Translations under genes and position numbers: made by a program
Notes under the pieces: model-generated
What the model was told of the DNA's origin: nothing
Seen by the model: the letters and a program-made list of their open reading frames with translations, nothing else
The model's database searches: none
Source of the DNA: a bacterium
GTDB lineage: Bacteria > Bacteroidota > Ignavibacteria > UBA10030
Assembly: GCA_043803945.1 (NCBI GenBank)
Contig: JAZDJN010000102.1
Span: 1 to 56,084, forward strand
DNA length: 56,084 nucleotides
Direction of reading: 5' to 3'
Part shown: positions 29,685 through 39,013 of the stretch, one piece after another
Numbering within the stretch: position 1 is the first letter of the stretch
How the letters are laid out: the number at the start of each line of letters is the position of its first letter

Positions 29685-31940
29685 ATGAAGAAATCTTTAG
29701 TCATAGTCGAATCTCCTTCAAAAGCAAAAACCATTAACAAATATCTTGGGAAGGAGTATCATGTTGAAGCGTCAGTGGGACATATTAAAAATCTCCCCAA
29801 GAGTAAGCTTGGAGTCGACGTAGAAAACGATTTTGAAGTCGTGTATGAAAACATTCAAGGCAAAGATGAAGTTATTGAACGCCTGCGTGAAAAAGCTTCG
29901 ACAGCGAAAATGATCTACATTGCGACCGACCCTGATCGTGAGGGTGAGGCAATCGCCGCCCATCTGGCGAGTGAAATCAAAACCGTTAACAAGAATATCA
30001 AACGTGTTCTTTTTCATGAAATAACTGCTGCTGGGGTCGAAGATGGTATGAAGCACCCCAAAAAGGTAGATAATCACCTCGTTATGTCGCAACAGGCACG
30101 CCGCGCGATGGACCGGCTGGTGGGATACAAAGTAAGTCCTTTTATCTGGAAGACCATGTACTATGGCCTCTCGGCCGGCAGAGTGCAATCAGTGGCATTA
30201 CGCCTGATCTGCGAACGTGAGCAGGCAGTCCGAATTTTTGTGCCTGAAGAATATTGGTCGATTACCGGCGAGTTTGCTACAACGCACAACGAAACGTTTC
30301 TCGCAAAGCTTACGAAAGTGGCCGGAGAAGATCCCCGCATCCCCGACGAGACAACGGTCAAGGGGTACCTTGCAAACATTCAGGATCAGCAATTCGAGAT
30401 TACCCGGGTAGAGAAAAAGCCTGTGAAGCGGAATGCTCCACCGCCGTTCATTACGAGCACCTTGCAGCAGGAAGCGGCCCGTCGATTGAGGTTCTCGGCG
30501 AAGCGGACGATGATGCTGGCGCAAAAGCTCTATGAAGGAATTGACTTGGGGACTGAGGGAAGTACGGGTTTGATTACGTATATGCGCACAGATTCGACAC
30601 GATTGAATGCTGATGCCGTCTCCCAGGTCCGTGAATATATTTTTTCTAACTACGGTAAGGAATATCTTCCGAAAGAGGCACGATTATTCAAAAAAGGCAA
30701 AGCTTCACAAGACGCCCATGAGGCAATCCGACCCACAACTCTGGATCACACACCAAAGGCAATTAAGAAATATCTGGATAAGGATCTCTACCTTCTCTAT
30801 GAATTGATCTGGAACCGTTTCGTTGCCTGTCAGATGGCCTCGGCAGAATTTGAACAGATCTCCGTCGATGTTCGGGGCGGTGACTATCTCTTTCGAGCCA
30901 CCGATCAACGATCGACCTTTAGAGGATTCCTGCAGGTGTACGATGACATGCTCGAGGAAAATGGCAGCGATAAAGATGAAGATCCAACCTCGAAGCTTCC
31001 GGAGCAGCTTTCTGCTGGTCAAAGCACTCAGTTGACAAATCTGTTGCCTCGCCAGCACTTTACAAAACCACCAGCCCGCTATACGGAGAGCAGCCTTGTA
31101 AAAGAACTCGAATCGCTTGGCATCGGGCGGCCAAGTACGTATGCCATGATCGTGAGTACGGTGATCGACCGAAAATATGTGGAACAGCAGGACCGCAAAT
31201 TGTATGCAGCGGAACTGGGGATGCAAGTGAATAAACTGCTGGTCGAACATTTTCCGGAAATCGTCAATGTGAAATTCACTGCTCAAATGGAGGAGGAACT
31301 GGATACGATCGCCTCCGGCAAGCAGGAGTATGTTAAGGTGATGAAGGATTTCTACGATCCCTTCATACACGCCCTGGAGCACGTCGACAAGAAAGCCGCC
31401 GCGATAAAAACATCACTGCAGGAAAAAACAGATATCTTATGTGAAATGTGCAGTCGCCCCATGATTATCAAATGGGGACGGAATGGCAGGTTTATGGCGT
31501 GCAGTGGGTATCCCACATGCAAGACTACCAAACCGTTGGCTGAAGATCAGGAGAAGCATCAGCATCTGGCTGGTATGAAATGCGAATTGTGCGGTGGAGA
31601 CATGCAGGTAAAATCGGGGCGATTTGGCACTTTTCTTGGGTGTTCAAATTATCCGGCATGCACAAACACGAAGCCGATCTCTATGGGAATCAAATGTCCG
31701 AAGTGCAGACAGGGCGATTTGCTCGAGCGGAAGACGAAGAAGGGCAAACGTGTTTTTTATGGATGTACGCGGTATCCCGATTGTGATTTTGCTTCGTGGG
31801 ATCGGCCCATCGAACAGGCCTGTTCCAGTTGCGGTAATTCGTATATCGTCGCAAAATACTCACAGACAAAAGGGGAGTATCTTAAATGTCCTGAATGCAA
31901 AGAGGAGTTCGTGAAAGAAGAGGTTGCTGTCAGCGCGTAG
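29685..31940 (+). CDS. topA: DNA topoisomerase I with C-terminal Zn ribbons
   Basis: IVESPSKAKTI, ATDPDREGE, SAGRVQS, LITYMRTDS and GIGRPSTY; repeated C4 Zn ribbons. Confidence 0.97.
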   Translation: MKKSLVIVESPSKAKTINKYLGKEYHVEASVGHIKNLPKSKLGVDVENDFEVVYENIQGKDEVIERLREKASTAKMIYIATDPDREGEAIAAHLASEIKTVNKNIKRVLFHEITAAGVEDGMKHPKKVDNHLVMSQQARRAMDRLVGYKVSPFIWKTMYYGLSAGRVQSVALRLICEREQAVRIFVPEEYWSITGEFATTHNETFLAKLTKVAGEDPRIPDETTVKGYLANIQDQQFEITRVEKKPVKRNAPPPFITSTLQQEAARRLRFSAKRTMMLAQKLYEGIDLGTEGSTGLITYMRTDSTRLNADAVSQVREYIFSNYGKEYLPKEARLFKKGKASQDAHEAIRPTTLDHTPKAIKKYLDKDLYLLYELIWNRFVACQMASAEFEQISVDVRGGDYLFRATDQRSTFRGFLQVYDDMLEENGSDKDEDPTSKLPEQLSAGQSTQLTNLLPRQHFTKPPARYTESSLVKELESLGIGRPSTYAMIVSTVIDRKYVEQQDRKLYAAELGMQVNKLLVEHFPEIVNVKFTAQMEEELDTIASGKQEYVKVMKDFYDPFIHALEHVDKKAAAIKTSLQEKTDILCEMCSRPMIIKWGRNGRFMACSGYPTCKTTKPLAEDQEKHQHLAGMKCELCGGDMQVKSGRFGTFLGCSNYPACTNTKPISMGIKCPKCRQGDLLERKTKKGKRVFYGCTRYPDCDFASWDRPIEQACSSCGNSYIVAKYSQTKGEYLKCPECKEEFVKEEVAVSA

Positions 31941-31972
31941 GTTCCTGATCTCGACACCTTTTTTAGGTGATT

Positions 31973-32872
31973 ATGTCCTTGCACGAAGCTGTTCGGAGTT
32001 TCCTTGAATATCTCGAAGTTGAGCGTAACTACTCTCGGCATACAATTCTGGCGTATCGCACTGATCTTGAACAATGTACCGCGTTTTTGCTCCAGCGAGG
32101 ACGATCATCCCTTTCTTCTATTACCAGACAAGACCTGCGTCAGTATATCAACTACCTCTTTTCTCATGGATTGAGCCGGCAATCGGCGGCACGGAAAATC
32201 ATTGCAATCCGGTCTTTCTTCCGGTTTGCCAAACGGCGTCAGTTGATTGAATCGAATCCTTCCAGTACTGTTTCAATCCCGAAACTCGAGAAGCGCTTAC
32301 CCTCATTTCTCGCAGAAGATTCGATCAATGCACTCTTCAATTCCATTGATACGTCGACACCGGAAGGAAAGCGAGAACAGGCAATCTTTGAATTGTTTTA
32401 TGGAACGGGGATTCGGTTGAGCGAACTTATCGGATTAAATATCGCTGATATCAATTTCTACAATCAAACAATCACAGTCTTGGGGAAAGGAGACAAACAG
32501 CGGACCGTGCCTTTCGGTAAACCGGCTGTTCAGGCGCTGCAACAATATCTTGCGCATCGCGCTGGTCACTCTGGCAAGCGATCCGACCATGATTCAACAG
32601 CAGTGTTTCTGATGGACTCCGGGAAACGTTTTTATCCGGAAGCGATACGACGCTTGGTAAAACGCCGTATCAGTGAGGTCTCCGAAATTGCAAAGACTTC
32701 ACCCCATGTGCTACGTCACACGTTCGCCACACATCTGCTTAATCGTGGGGCGGACCTGCGAGCTGTCAAGGAGTTGCTCGGACATGAAAGTTTATCAACG
32801 ACGCAGATCTATACTCATGTCTCGATAGAACAGTTGAAGAAAATCTACCGCCAAGCTCATCCAAAGGCATAG
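31973..32872 (+). CDS. xerC: Tyrosine recombinase XerC/XerD family
   Basis: YGTGIRLSEL, GKG.KQR, SPH.LRHTFATH and LLGH.SLSTTQIY; after topA. Confidence 0.88.
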   Translation: MSLHEAVRSFLEYLEVERNYSRHTILAYRTDLEQCTAFLLQRGRSSLSSITRQDLRQYINYLFSHGLSRQSAARKIIAIRSFFRFAKRRQLIESNPSSTVSIPKLEKRLPSFLAEDSINALFNSIDTSTPEGKREQAIFELFYGTGIRLSELIGLNIADINFYNQTITVLGKGDKQRTVPFGKPAVQALQQYLAHRAGHSGKRSDHDSTAVFLMDSGKRFYPEAIRRLVKRRISEVSEIAKTSPHVLRHTFATHLLNRGADLRAVKELLGHESLSTTQIYTHVSIEQLKKIYRQAHPKA

Positions 32873-32921
32873 GAGTACAGGATGAGAAGCAACCAACGAG
32901 AGAATTGAAAGGAGCTGATTT

Positions 32922-33254
32922 ATGGTTACAACAGTAACATCTCGTCACTTCAAGGCGCACGAAACACTTGTTGAGTATGCGGAAAATGCGATGGAACGAT
33001 TATCTCATTACTATGACGGCATCCTTCGTTGTGATTTCATTCTGAGCTATGAGAAGGCACGAAATAGTGTCAAATCTGCCGAGATTGTTGTGACTGTCTA
33101 TCGTTCAAAATTACGGGGGATTGAACATTCGGATGACTATCAGAAATCAATCGATGGAGCAGTAGCAAAAGTGAAAGCACAATTGAAAAAATATAAAGAC
33201 AAACTTCGAGCGAAGGACCGTAAGGTAGTACGGGAAGTTCGAGAGAAAGTATAG
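32922..33254 (+). CDS. hpf: Ribosome hibernation factor (HPF/RaiA)
   Basis: T.RHF, SID.A..K...QL.KYK.K pattern; upstream of hprK. Confidence 0.88.
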   Translation: MVTTVTSRHFKAHETLVEYAENAMERLSHYYDGILRCDFILSYEKARNSVKSAEIVVTVYRSKLRGIEHSDDYQKSIDGAVAKVKAQLKKYKDKLRAKDRKVVREVREKV

Positions 33255-33269
33255 CCAGGGAGAAATGAA

Positions 33270-34277
33270 ATGGCATTGGAAAACTTAAAGGAGACGAGAA
33301 AAGAGAGTATTACCGTTGGATTCCTGGTCGAGAGTAATCGTGAACGGTTGAAATTAACGCTGGTCAATGGCGATGTCGGTTTCGACAGGGAAATCCGGGA
33401 CAAGAATATTCATCGCCCCGGATTGGCCCTCGCGGGCTATGTTGAACTGTTCACCTTTAATCGTGTGCAGGTCTTTGGCAACACGGAGATTCGCTATCTT
33501 CAGCATCTCAACATGGCAGAGCGGATCAAGGCATTTGAAAACATCTGCAAGTTTGCCCTTCCGCTAATTATCCTCACGAATGATAATAAGGTCGATCAGG
33601 AATTGGTCGATATCGCAACAGAACAGGGCATTTCGATCCTGATGAGCCCGTTGGCAACCACCAAATTGGTATATTTTATCTCCGATTTTCTGGACGATCA
33701 TTTTTCACCACAGACCGTTGTCCATGGAGCTATGCTCGATGTCTATGGAATTGGTGTTCTGTTGGTGGGTCGCTCCGGCATCGGAAAGAGTGAGATTGCC
33801 TTGGACCTGATTGAGCGCGGCCATCGTCTTGTTGCAGATGATGTGGTGATGCTAACGCAGAAGGGTGAAGGAATCCTAATGGCCTCGGGAACCGATGTGG
33901 TGAAGCATTTTATGGAGATCCGAGGACTGGGTTTACTTGATATCAGGGCGGTTTTTGGGGTTCGCTCGATTCGATTCCAGAAACGCGTCGAAGTGGTGGT
34001 TGAACTTGAAGATTGGCAGCGCGATGAGGAATATACCCGGACCGGATTAGACAGCTTGAACATAACCCTCTTGGGCGTCGAAATTCCTCACATTAAGCTT
34101 CCAATTTTCCCGGGCAAGAATGTCACAGTCATTGTAGAGGTCATTGCCCTTGATTATCTTCTTAGGCATTATGGATATGATGCTGCCAGGGAGTTTGCAA
34201 AACGGCTTGATGTGGCGATAGCGGAGAAGACCAAAGGAAGAAGAGCCATCAATTATTTCGAACATGATTTTGAATAG
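33270..34277 (+). CDS. hprK: HPr(Ser) kinase/phosphorylase
   Basis: RPGLALAG, G.SGIGKSE.AL.L..RGH.LVADD and EIRGLG. Confidence 0.96.
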   Translation: MALENLKETRKESITVGFLVESNRERLKLTLVNGDVGFDREIRDKNIHRPGLALAGYVELFTFNRVQVFGNTEIRYLQHLNMAERIKAFENICKFALPLIILTNDNKVDQELVDIATEQGISILMSPLATTKLVYFISDFLDDHFSPQTVVHGAMLDVYGIGVLLVGRSGIGKSEIALDLIERGHRLVADDVVMLTQKGEGILMASGTDVVKHFMEIRGLGLLDIRAVFGVRSIRFQKRVEVVVELEDWQRDEEYTRTGLDSLNITLLGVEIPHIKLPIFPGKNVTVIVEVIALDYLLRHYGYDAAREFAKRLDVAIAEKTKGRRAINYFEHDFE

Positions 34278-34374
34278 TTAAGGGAGTTGAAGGGTTAAGC
34301 ATAGCGCAATCACCGTGCCTGGCATAGTGTGGGAGTATGACCGATATTCCTATGATGTTTTTGGGACAAAGTGC

Positions 34375-34403
34375 TTGACAAAGCTTCAAACTTTTTCTAT
34401 TTT
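34375..34403 (+). promoter_or_regulatory. Sigma70-type promoter for the M23 peptidase gene
   Basis: TTGACA-17 nt-TATTTT. Confidence 0.65.
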
Positions 34404-34481
34404 CGGGCAGGTTTTTGGAAAGAATTGATATTCTACCCTTTCAATTCTGTGAAATTTAACTTCTAGAGGCACACTCTTTTA

Positions 34482-35438
34482 ATGAAGAGATTCAAGATAT
34501 ATTACTTTTCGCCGAAATCGTTAAACTTTGTTGAGGCTAAATGGTTCCGTACGAAACTGGCAGCGACAACATTGGGCGTTGGTATCATCCTTTTCATTCT
34601 CCTATTTGAAATCGGCTCACTCTTTGATAATGTGCTCGGATTGGGGTTGCGCAGAAATGCGTCGTTGCAAGCTGAAAATTTGATGCTCAAGAGCCAGCTA
34701 TCTACTTTCTCTCAACGGCTCGCCAATTTGGAACAGGATCTCACAAAGTTGAACGATCACGGAAATGAATTCCGTCTGATGGTTGATCTCCCAAAGATTG
34801 ATCCGGAAACAAAAGAAGCCGGATTCGGTGGAACAGATGAGAGAATTGATCTTTCATCCAACGCGGGTGTGAACAGGATATTGAATTCACTCCAACTCTC
34901 GATGGAAAAAGCTGAACGGGAATTACAATTGCAGCAGATGAGTTACAAAGATGTCATACTGAAGTATGAAGAGGATAAAGTGAAATTCAGATATATTCCG
35001 TCCATCCGCCCTATGGAAGGATATTATAATGTCTATGGCTTCGGTATGCGGTATCATCCTGTCCTTAGAGTGATGAGGTTCCATGAAGGTATGGATATCA
35101 CCAATGAAGAGGGAACACCAATTTATGTCTCGGGTGATGGTGTTGTCAAAAAGACTGGGCGTCACGTCGGTGAAATGGGTAATATGGTTATCGTGGATCA
35201 TGGGTATGGGTACATCACGATTTATGGGCATCTCAACCAGATTCTGGTACAGGAAGGGCAAAAAGTAGGGCGAGGTCAACTCATTGCCCGTTGCGGGAGA
35301 ACGGGGACAACGACTGGGCCGCATCTCCATTATGAAGTGTGGGTCAACGGAGTAGCGCAGAATCCTATAGATTATTTCTTTGATGATGTGGGAAAGAATA
35401 AATTTTTTAAACAACTAGCACAGAATAATCAGCAGTAA
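34482..35438 (+). CDS. M23 family metallopeptidase with TM helix and coiled coil
   Basis: H.GMD, YGHL and TGPHLHYEV motifs. Confidence 0.93.
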   Translation: MKRFKIYYFSPKSLNFVEAKWFRTKLAATTLGVGIILFILLFEIGSLFDNVLGLGLRRNASLQAENLMLKSQLSTFSQRLANLEQDLTKLNDHGNEFRLMVDLPKIDPETKEAGFGGTDERIDLSSNAGVNRILNSLQLSMEKAERELQLQQMSYKDVILKYEEDKVKFRYIPSIRPMEGYYNVYGFGMRYHPVLRVMRFHEGMDITNEEGTPIYVSGDGVVKKTGRHVGEMGNMVIVDHGYGYITIYGHLNQILVQEGQKVGRGQLIARCGRTGTTTGPHLHYEVWVNGVAQNPIDYFFDDVGKNKFFKQLAQNNQQ

Positions 35439-35490
35439 GAATAATTGGAGTTTGCACGGAATTATCCGATTGCACAGGAGTTGATACTGA

Positions 35491-35715
35491 ATGATTTGGA
35501 CATTAGAACTGGCATCCTATTTAGACGATGCTCCCTGGCCTGCAACGAAAGAAGAATTAATCGACTATGCTGTTCGGACCGGTGCTCCTACAGAGGTGGT
35601 CCAAAATCTCGAAGAGCTTGAAGACAGCGATGAACCCTACGAGAGCATGGAGGAAATCTGGCCTGATTATCCGACCGATGAGGATTTCTTTTTTGAAGAT
35701 GAGAAAGAATATTAG
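35491..35715 (+). CDS. DUF2795 family small acidic protein
   Basis: WTLELASYL.DAPWPATKEELIDYA.RTGAP, recognised as a Bacteroidota-type conserved peptide. Confidence 0.85.
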   Translation: MIWTLELASYLDDAPWPATKEELIDYAVRTGAPTEVVQNLEELEDSDEPYESMEEIWPDYPTDEDFFFEDEKEY

Positions 35716-35773
35716 ATCAGAGGTACACTCCAACTAGGTGGTGCAATATTTTTCAAAAATAATTGTTCCGAAT

Positions 35774-35801
35774 AACCCAGCAGGCCGTGGCTGGGTTTTT
35801 T
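35774..35801 (+). terminator. Rho-independent terminator
   Basis: AACCCAGC...GCTGGGTT hairpin plus T run. Confidence 0.75.
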
Positions 35802-35802
35802 A

Positions 35803-37878
35803 TTGGCGACTATGACGAGACGTCTATTTCCGATATTGGTTTTTTTGTTCCTCTGGATCCAATGGTGTCATGCACAGGTGAATCTGCAGGAGCTCGAAGT
35901 AAAATCACTCCGATTTGAAGGGAATGATATTCTCAGCGACGACCTTCTTCAAACGGTCCTTCAGACTCGTCAGAGCCCTATGTGGATTTGGAAATTCCTC
36001 TATACCATCAGTGAAAAGTTAGGCGACAAACCGGAATATTTTAGTGCTGTTGTGTTTGGTGCCGACTTTGAACGCCTCAAATCTTTTTATGAAGATCAGG
36101 GATTTTTCAATACACGAATCGATACCGTCATTTCCATCGATTCCCATGAGAAGGCTGTGGAGTTGAAGTTCCGAATTTCCGAGGGGCACCGTTCTCTCAT
36201 CGATAGCATAGAATACCACGGCTTTGTCGATCTGCCACAACCGCTGTGGGAAGTGATCCAGCTTAACCCGTTGATCGAAATAGGCGACCCGTTTGTTATG
36301 GAAAAAGTCGTTCAGGAACGCGTGCGCTTGGTCAATGCATTCTCCAATAATGGCTATATGGATATCCGTGTCGACAGCGTTTCGGCCATCAGGTTCGCAT
36401 CCACCGGGAATATGAAGATTCTCTTTTCATTCATTCCCAATAAGCGATATCAATTTGGTCCTGTCATCGTGAAGAACGACTCTTCAGTGCTCGAGCGGGT
36501 AGAGGATGAAGTCATTATCCGGCATCTCGATTTTGCTCCCGGTGATTTTTTCAGCACAGCAAAAAAAGCCGAGAGCATGAAAAATCTCAACCGGCTGGGG
36601 GTCTTTGAAGCTTCGAGGATTGATCCGATCCTGCGAACTCAGAATGATTCTACAATTGAAATTCCCATGGAAGTTTTCGTCCGGACGCGGCCTTTTCATG
36701 AACTCTATCCGGAAATTGGTATCAACGATGAGAACAATGCGTTTAATATCGTTGTTGGAGGCGGCTATAGTAACCGAAATTTTTTTGGCGGGGCGAGAAA
36801 CTTTACTACGGGCTTTAGACTCCAAATGCAATCACTGCTCGATTGGAAACTCAATCGGGTCTTCAACCAGACCGGACTGCGCGATAGCAGTGTCTTGGGT
36901 ATCGCTGAGGTCTCGGCGCAAATGGTTCAACCGTATTTCATTAATAATAAAACAACATTAACGCCGTCGATTTCCTACTTCATTGATAAACAGAAATACT
37001 ACTATAATCCCATCCTTGAAGCACGGATCAGTTTACGCTCGCAATTAGCACGCTATACGACGGGGGCTGTCGATTGGAACATTACCAGGGTAGACTTTGA
37101 AGCGATCGATCCGGACATTGAACAACGGTTTTTGAATTCTCTCAGTATCGACCGGCGCCCTCAATTTAACTCCATTATTGCCCTGACACTTCAGCGAGAC
37201 AAACGCGATGATCTCTTCAATCCTTCGGCAGGTTTTGTGCATTCGGCAACCATCGAAGAATCCGGATTACTTCCCCATCTCTTTGGAGGGCTCTTCGGTT
37301 CTAAACTTCCTTATTCCAAATATTTCAAACTCTCTGGATTTGGACAATGGTATTGGGATGCAACGGATTCACGTCGTTTGATCTGGGCAGTCCGGATACG
37401 AGGAGGGTTCGCGGAATACTATGGAAGTTCACCTGCTCCGGTTCCAATCAATAGAAGATTTTTTGCCGGAGGGAGCGGAAGCATCCGCGGTTGGAAAGTT
37501 CGAGAGCTGGGTGCAGTACCCTCGACGACGCTGGGAGGCGAGGCGCTCTTCGAAGGAAATCTTGAAGCACGATGGAATCTTCTCCATGATGCCGGACGAT
37601 TTTTGTTTCTTGAGCTGCGGAAAATCTCAATGGTGCTCTTTGTTGATGCCGGAAACGTTTGGAGACAATTAAGCAAAGTGCGGGGAAGCGAGATTGCTGT
37701 TGCGACGGGAATTGGGATTCGCTACGAAACTGTTGTTGGCCCGATACGGATCGATTTTGGTTTCCGGGTCTACGATCCGGCAGCAGCAGATGGTCAACGC
37801 TGGATAACTGAAAAAAGATTTTTTGGCGAAACCCTTAAAAAATTTGTTCCACATTTTGGGATATTACACGCGTTTTAA
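35803..37878 (+). CDS. BamA/TamA (Omp85) family outer membrane protein
   Basis: Signal peptide, POTRA-like FEGN segments, RNFFGG, FFAGG.GSIRGW, FVDAGNVW, GPIRIDFG and terminal Phe. Confidence 0.92.
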   Translation: MATMTRRLFPILVFLFLWIQWCHAQVNLQELEVKSLRFEGNDILSDDLLQTVLQTRQSPMWIWKFLYTISEKLGDKPEYFSAVVFGADFERLKSFYEDQGFFNTRIDTVISIDSHEKAVELKFRISEGHRSLIDSIEYHGFVDLPQPLWEVIQLNPLIEIGDPFVMEKVVQERVRLVNAFSNNGYMDIRVDSVSAIRFASTGNMKILFSFIPNKRYQFGPVIVKNDSSVLERVEDEVIIRHLDFAPGDFFSTAKKAESMKNLNRLGVFEASRIDPILRTQNDSTIEIPMEVFVRTRPFHELYPEIGINDENNAFNIVVGGGYSNRNFFGGARNFTTGFRLQMQSLLDWKLNRVFNQTGLRDSSVLGIAEVSAQMVQPYFINNKTTLTPSISYFIDKQKYYYNPILEARISLRSQLARYTTGAVDWNITRVDFEAIDPDIEQRFLNSLSIDRRPQFNSIIALTLQRDKRDDLFNPSAGFVHSATIEESGLLPHLFGGLFGSKLPYSKYFKLSGFGQWYWDATDSRRLIWAVRIRGGFAEYYGSSPAPVPINRRFFAGGSGSIRGWKVRELGAVPSTTLGGEALFEGNLEARWNLLHDAGRFLFLELRKISMVLFVDAGNVWRQLSKVRGSEIAVATGIGIRYETVVGPIRIDFGFRVYDPAAADGQRWITEKRFFGETLKKFVPHFGILHAF

Positions 37879-37880
37879 AT

Positions 37881-38999
37881 ATGGGGTGGGATCGAGTCAT
37901 AGGGCAGGAACGGGTCAAAGAACTTCTCCAGAAGATCTTTCTCTCCGGGACTTTTGCCCACGCCTATCTCTTCTACGGAGGCGAAGGAGTTGGGAAAGAT
38001 GCTATGGCAATTGAGTGTGCCAGGGCACTCAATTGTCATTCGAAAACCGAAAAACCATGCGGCAGTTGTACGAGTTGTCTGAAGATCGAGCATCTCCAGC
38101 ATCCGAATGTGCAATTGATCGTTCCATTACCGATAGGAAAAAACGAAAAGGCTGGCGATGATCCGATTGAAGTATTGACGCACGATCAAATAGAGATCCT
38201 GCAAAAACAGTTACGGGAGAAAGCAGCGAATCCCTATCATCGGATTTCAATACCGAAAGCAAATTTTATCAAAGTCAACAGTGTCCGGCAATTGCGCCGG
38301 GATGCATCCCTGACAGGCTTCGATCAGGGGAAAAAAGTCTTCATCATTTCAGGCGCTGAGTCGATGAATGAGGAATCTTCAAACTCTCTCCTGAAGCTTC
38401 TGGAAGAACCGCCGGCTGACACCGTGTTCATTCTCACGACACCGCAAAAAGAAAAATTGCTCTCCACCATCATTTCACGATGTCAACTCGTACAATTCGA
38501 TCCATTGCGGGACGACGACATTCAACGCGCTCTTGTTGCACGGCATCTTGTTGAAGAGGAGCAGGCGTTGCTTGTTGCCCGTCTTGCGCACGGCAGTTAT
38601 TCAGCAGCGTGTGAAATGCTTACACTGAACATGATGGAACAGCGTCAGGAGACCGTGGAATTCCTTCGCCTGGTACTCGGCCATCATCATGTGCGCCTCA
38701 TCGACTCGATCCTGGAAAAAGCCGCTTCGAATGATCGCGACACCATTGCGCAATGGCTCTCAATGCTCCACGTCTGGCTGCGCGATGCTCTTATCCTCCG
38801 TGAGTATGATGAACGACAACTCGTGAATATCGATCACCTTAAAGAACTGAAAAGTTTTGTAGAAAAATTTCCTCGTTCAAATCTCCCCGGAGCTATCGAA
38901 TGCGTTGAGCGTTCCGTTGCTCTTCTTGACAAAAATGTCTACCTTCATCTCATCTTAATAACGCTGGCTATCGATCTTCGTAAGCACATCATTCGTTAA
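37881..38999 (+). CDS. holB: DNA polymerase III delta' subunit
   Basis: HAYLF.G..GVGK, C...PCG.C.SC, N.LLK.LEEPP and TIISRC. Confidence 0.92.
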   Translation: MGWDRVIGQERVKELLQKIFLSGTFAHAYLFYGGEGVGKDAMAIECARALNCHSKTEKPCGSCTSCLKIEHLQHPNVQLIVPLPIGKNEKAGDDPIEVLTHDQIEILQKQLREKAANPYHRISIPKANFIKVNSVRQLRRDASLTGFDQGKKVFIISGAESMNEESSNSLLKLLEEPPADTVFILTTPQKEKLLSTIISRCQLVQFDPLRDDDIQRALVARHLVEEEQALLVARLAHGSYSAACEMLTLNMMEQRQETVEFLRLVLGHHHVRLIDSILEKAASNDRDTIAQWLSMLHVWLRDALILREYDERQLVNIDHLKELKSFVEKFPRSNLPGAIECVERSVALLDKNVYLHLILITLAIDLRKHIIR

Positions 39000-39013
39000 T
39001 TGCTGGAATCAAT

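Noticed and set aside
31973-32872. Prophage or island integrase
   Set aside because: It sits in the housekeeping topA-xerC-hpf-hprK context with XerC/D-type motifs and no cargo or att sites.
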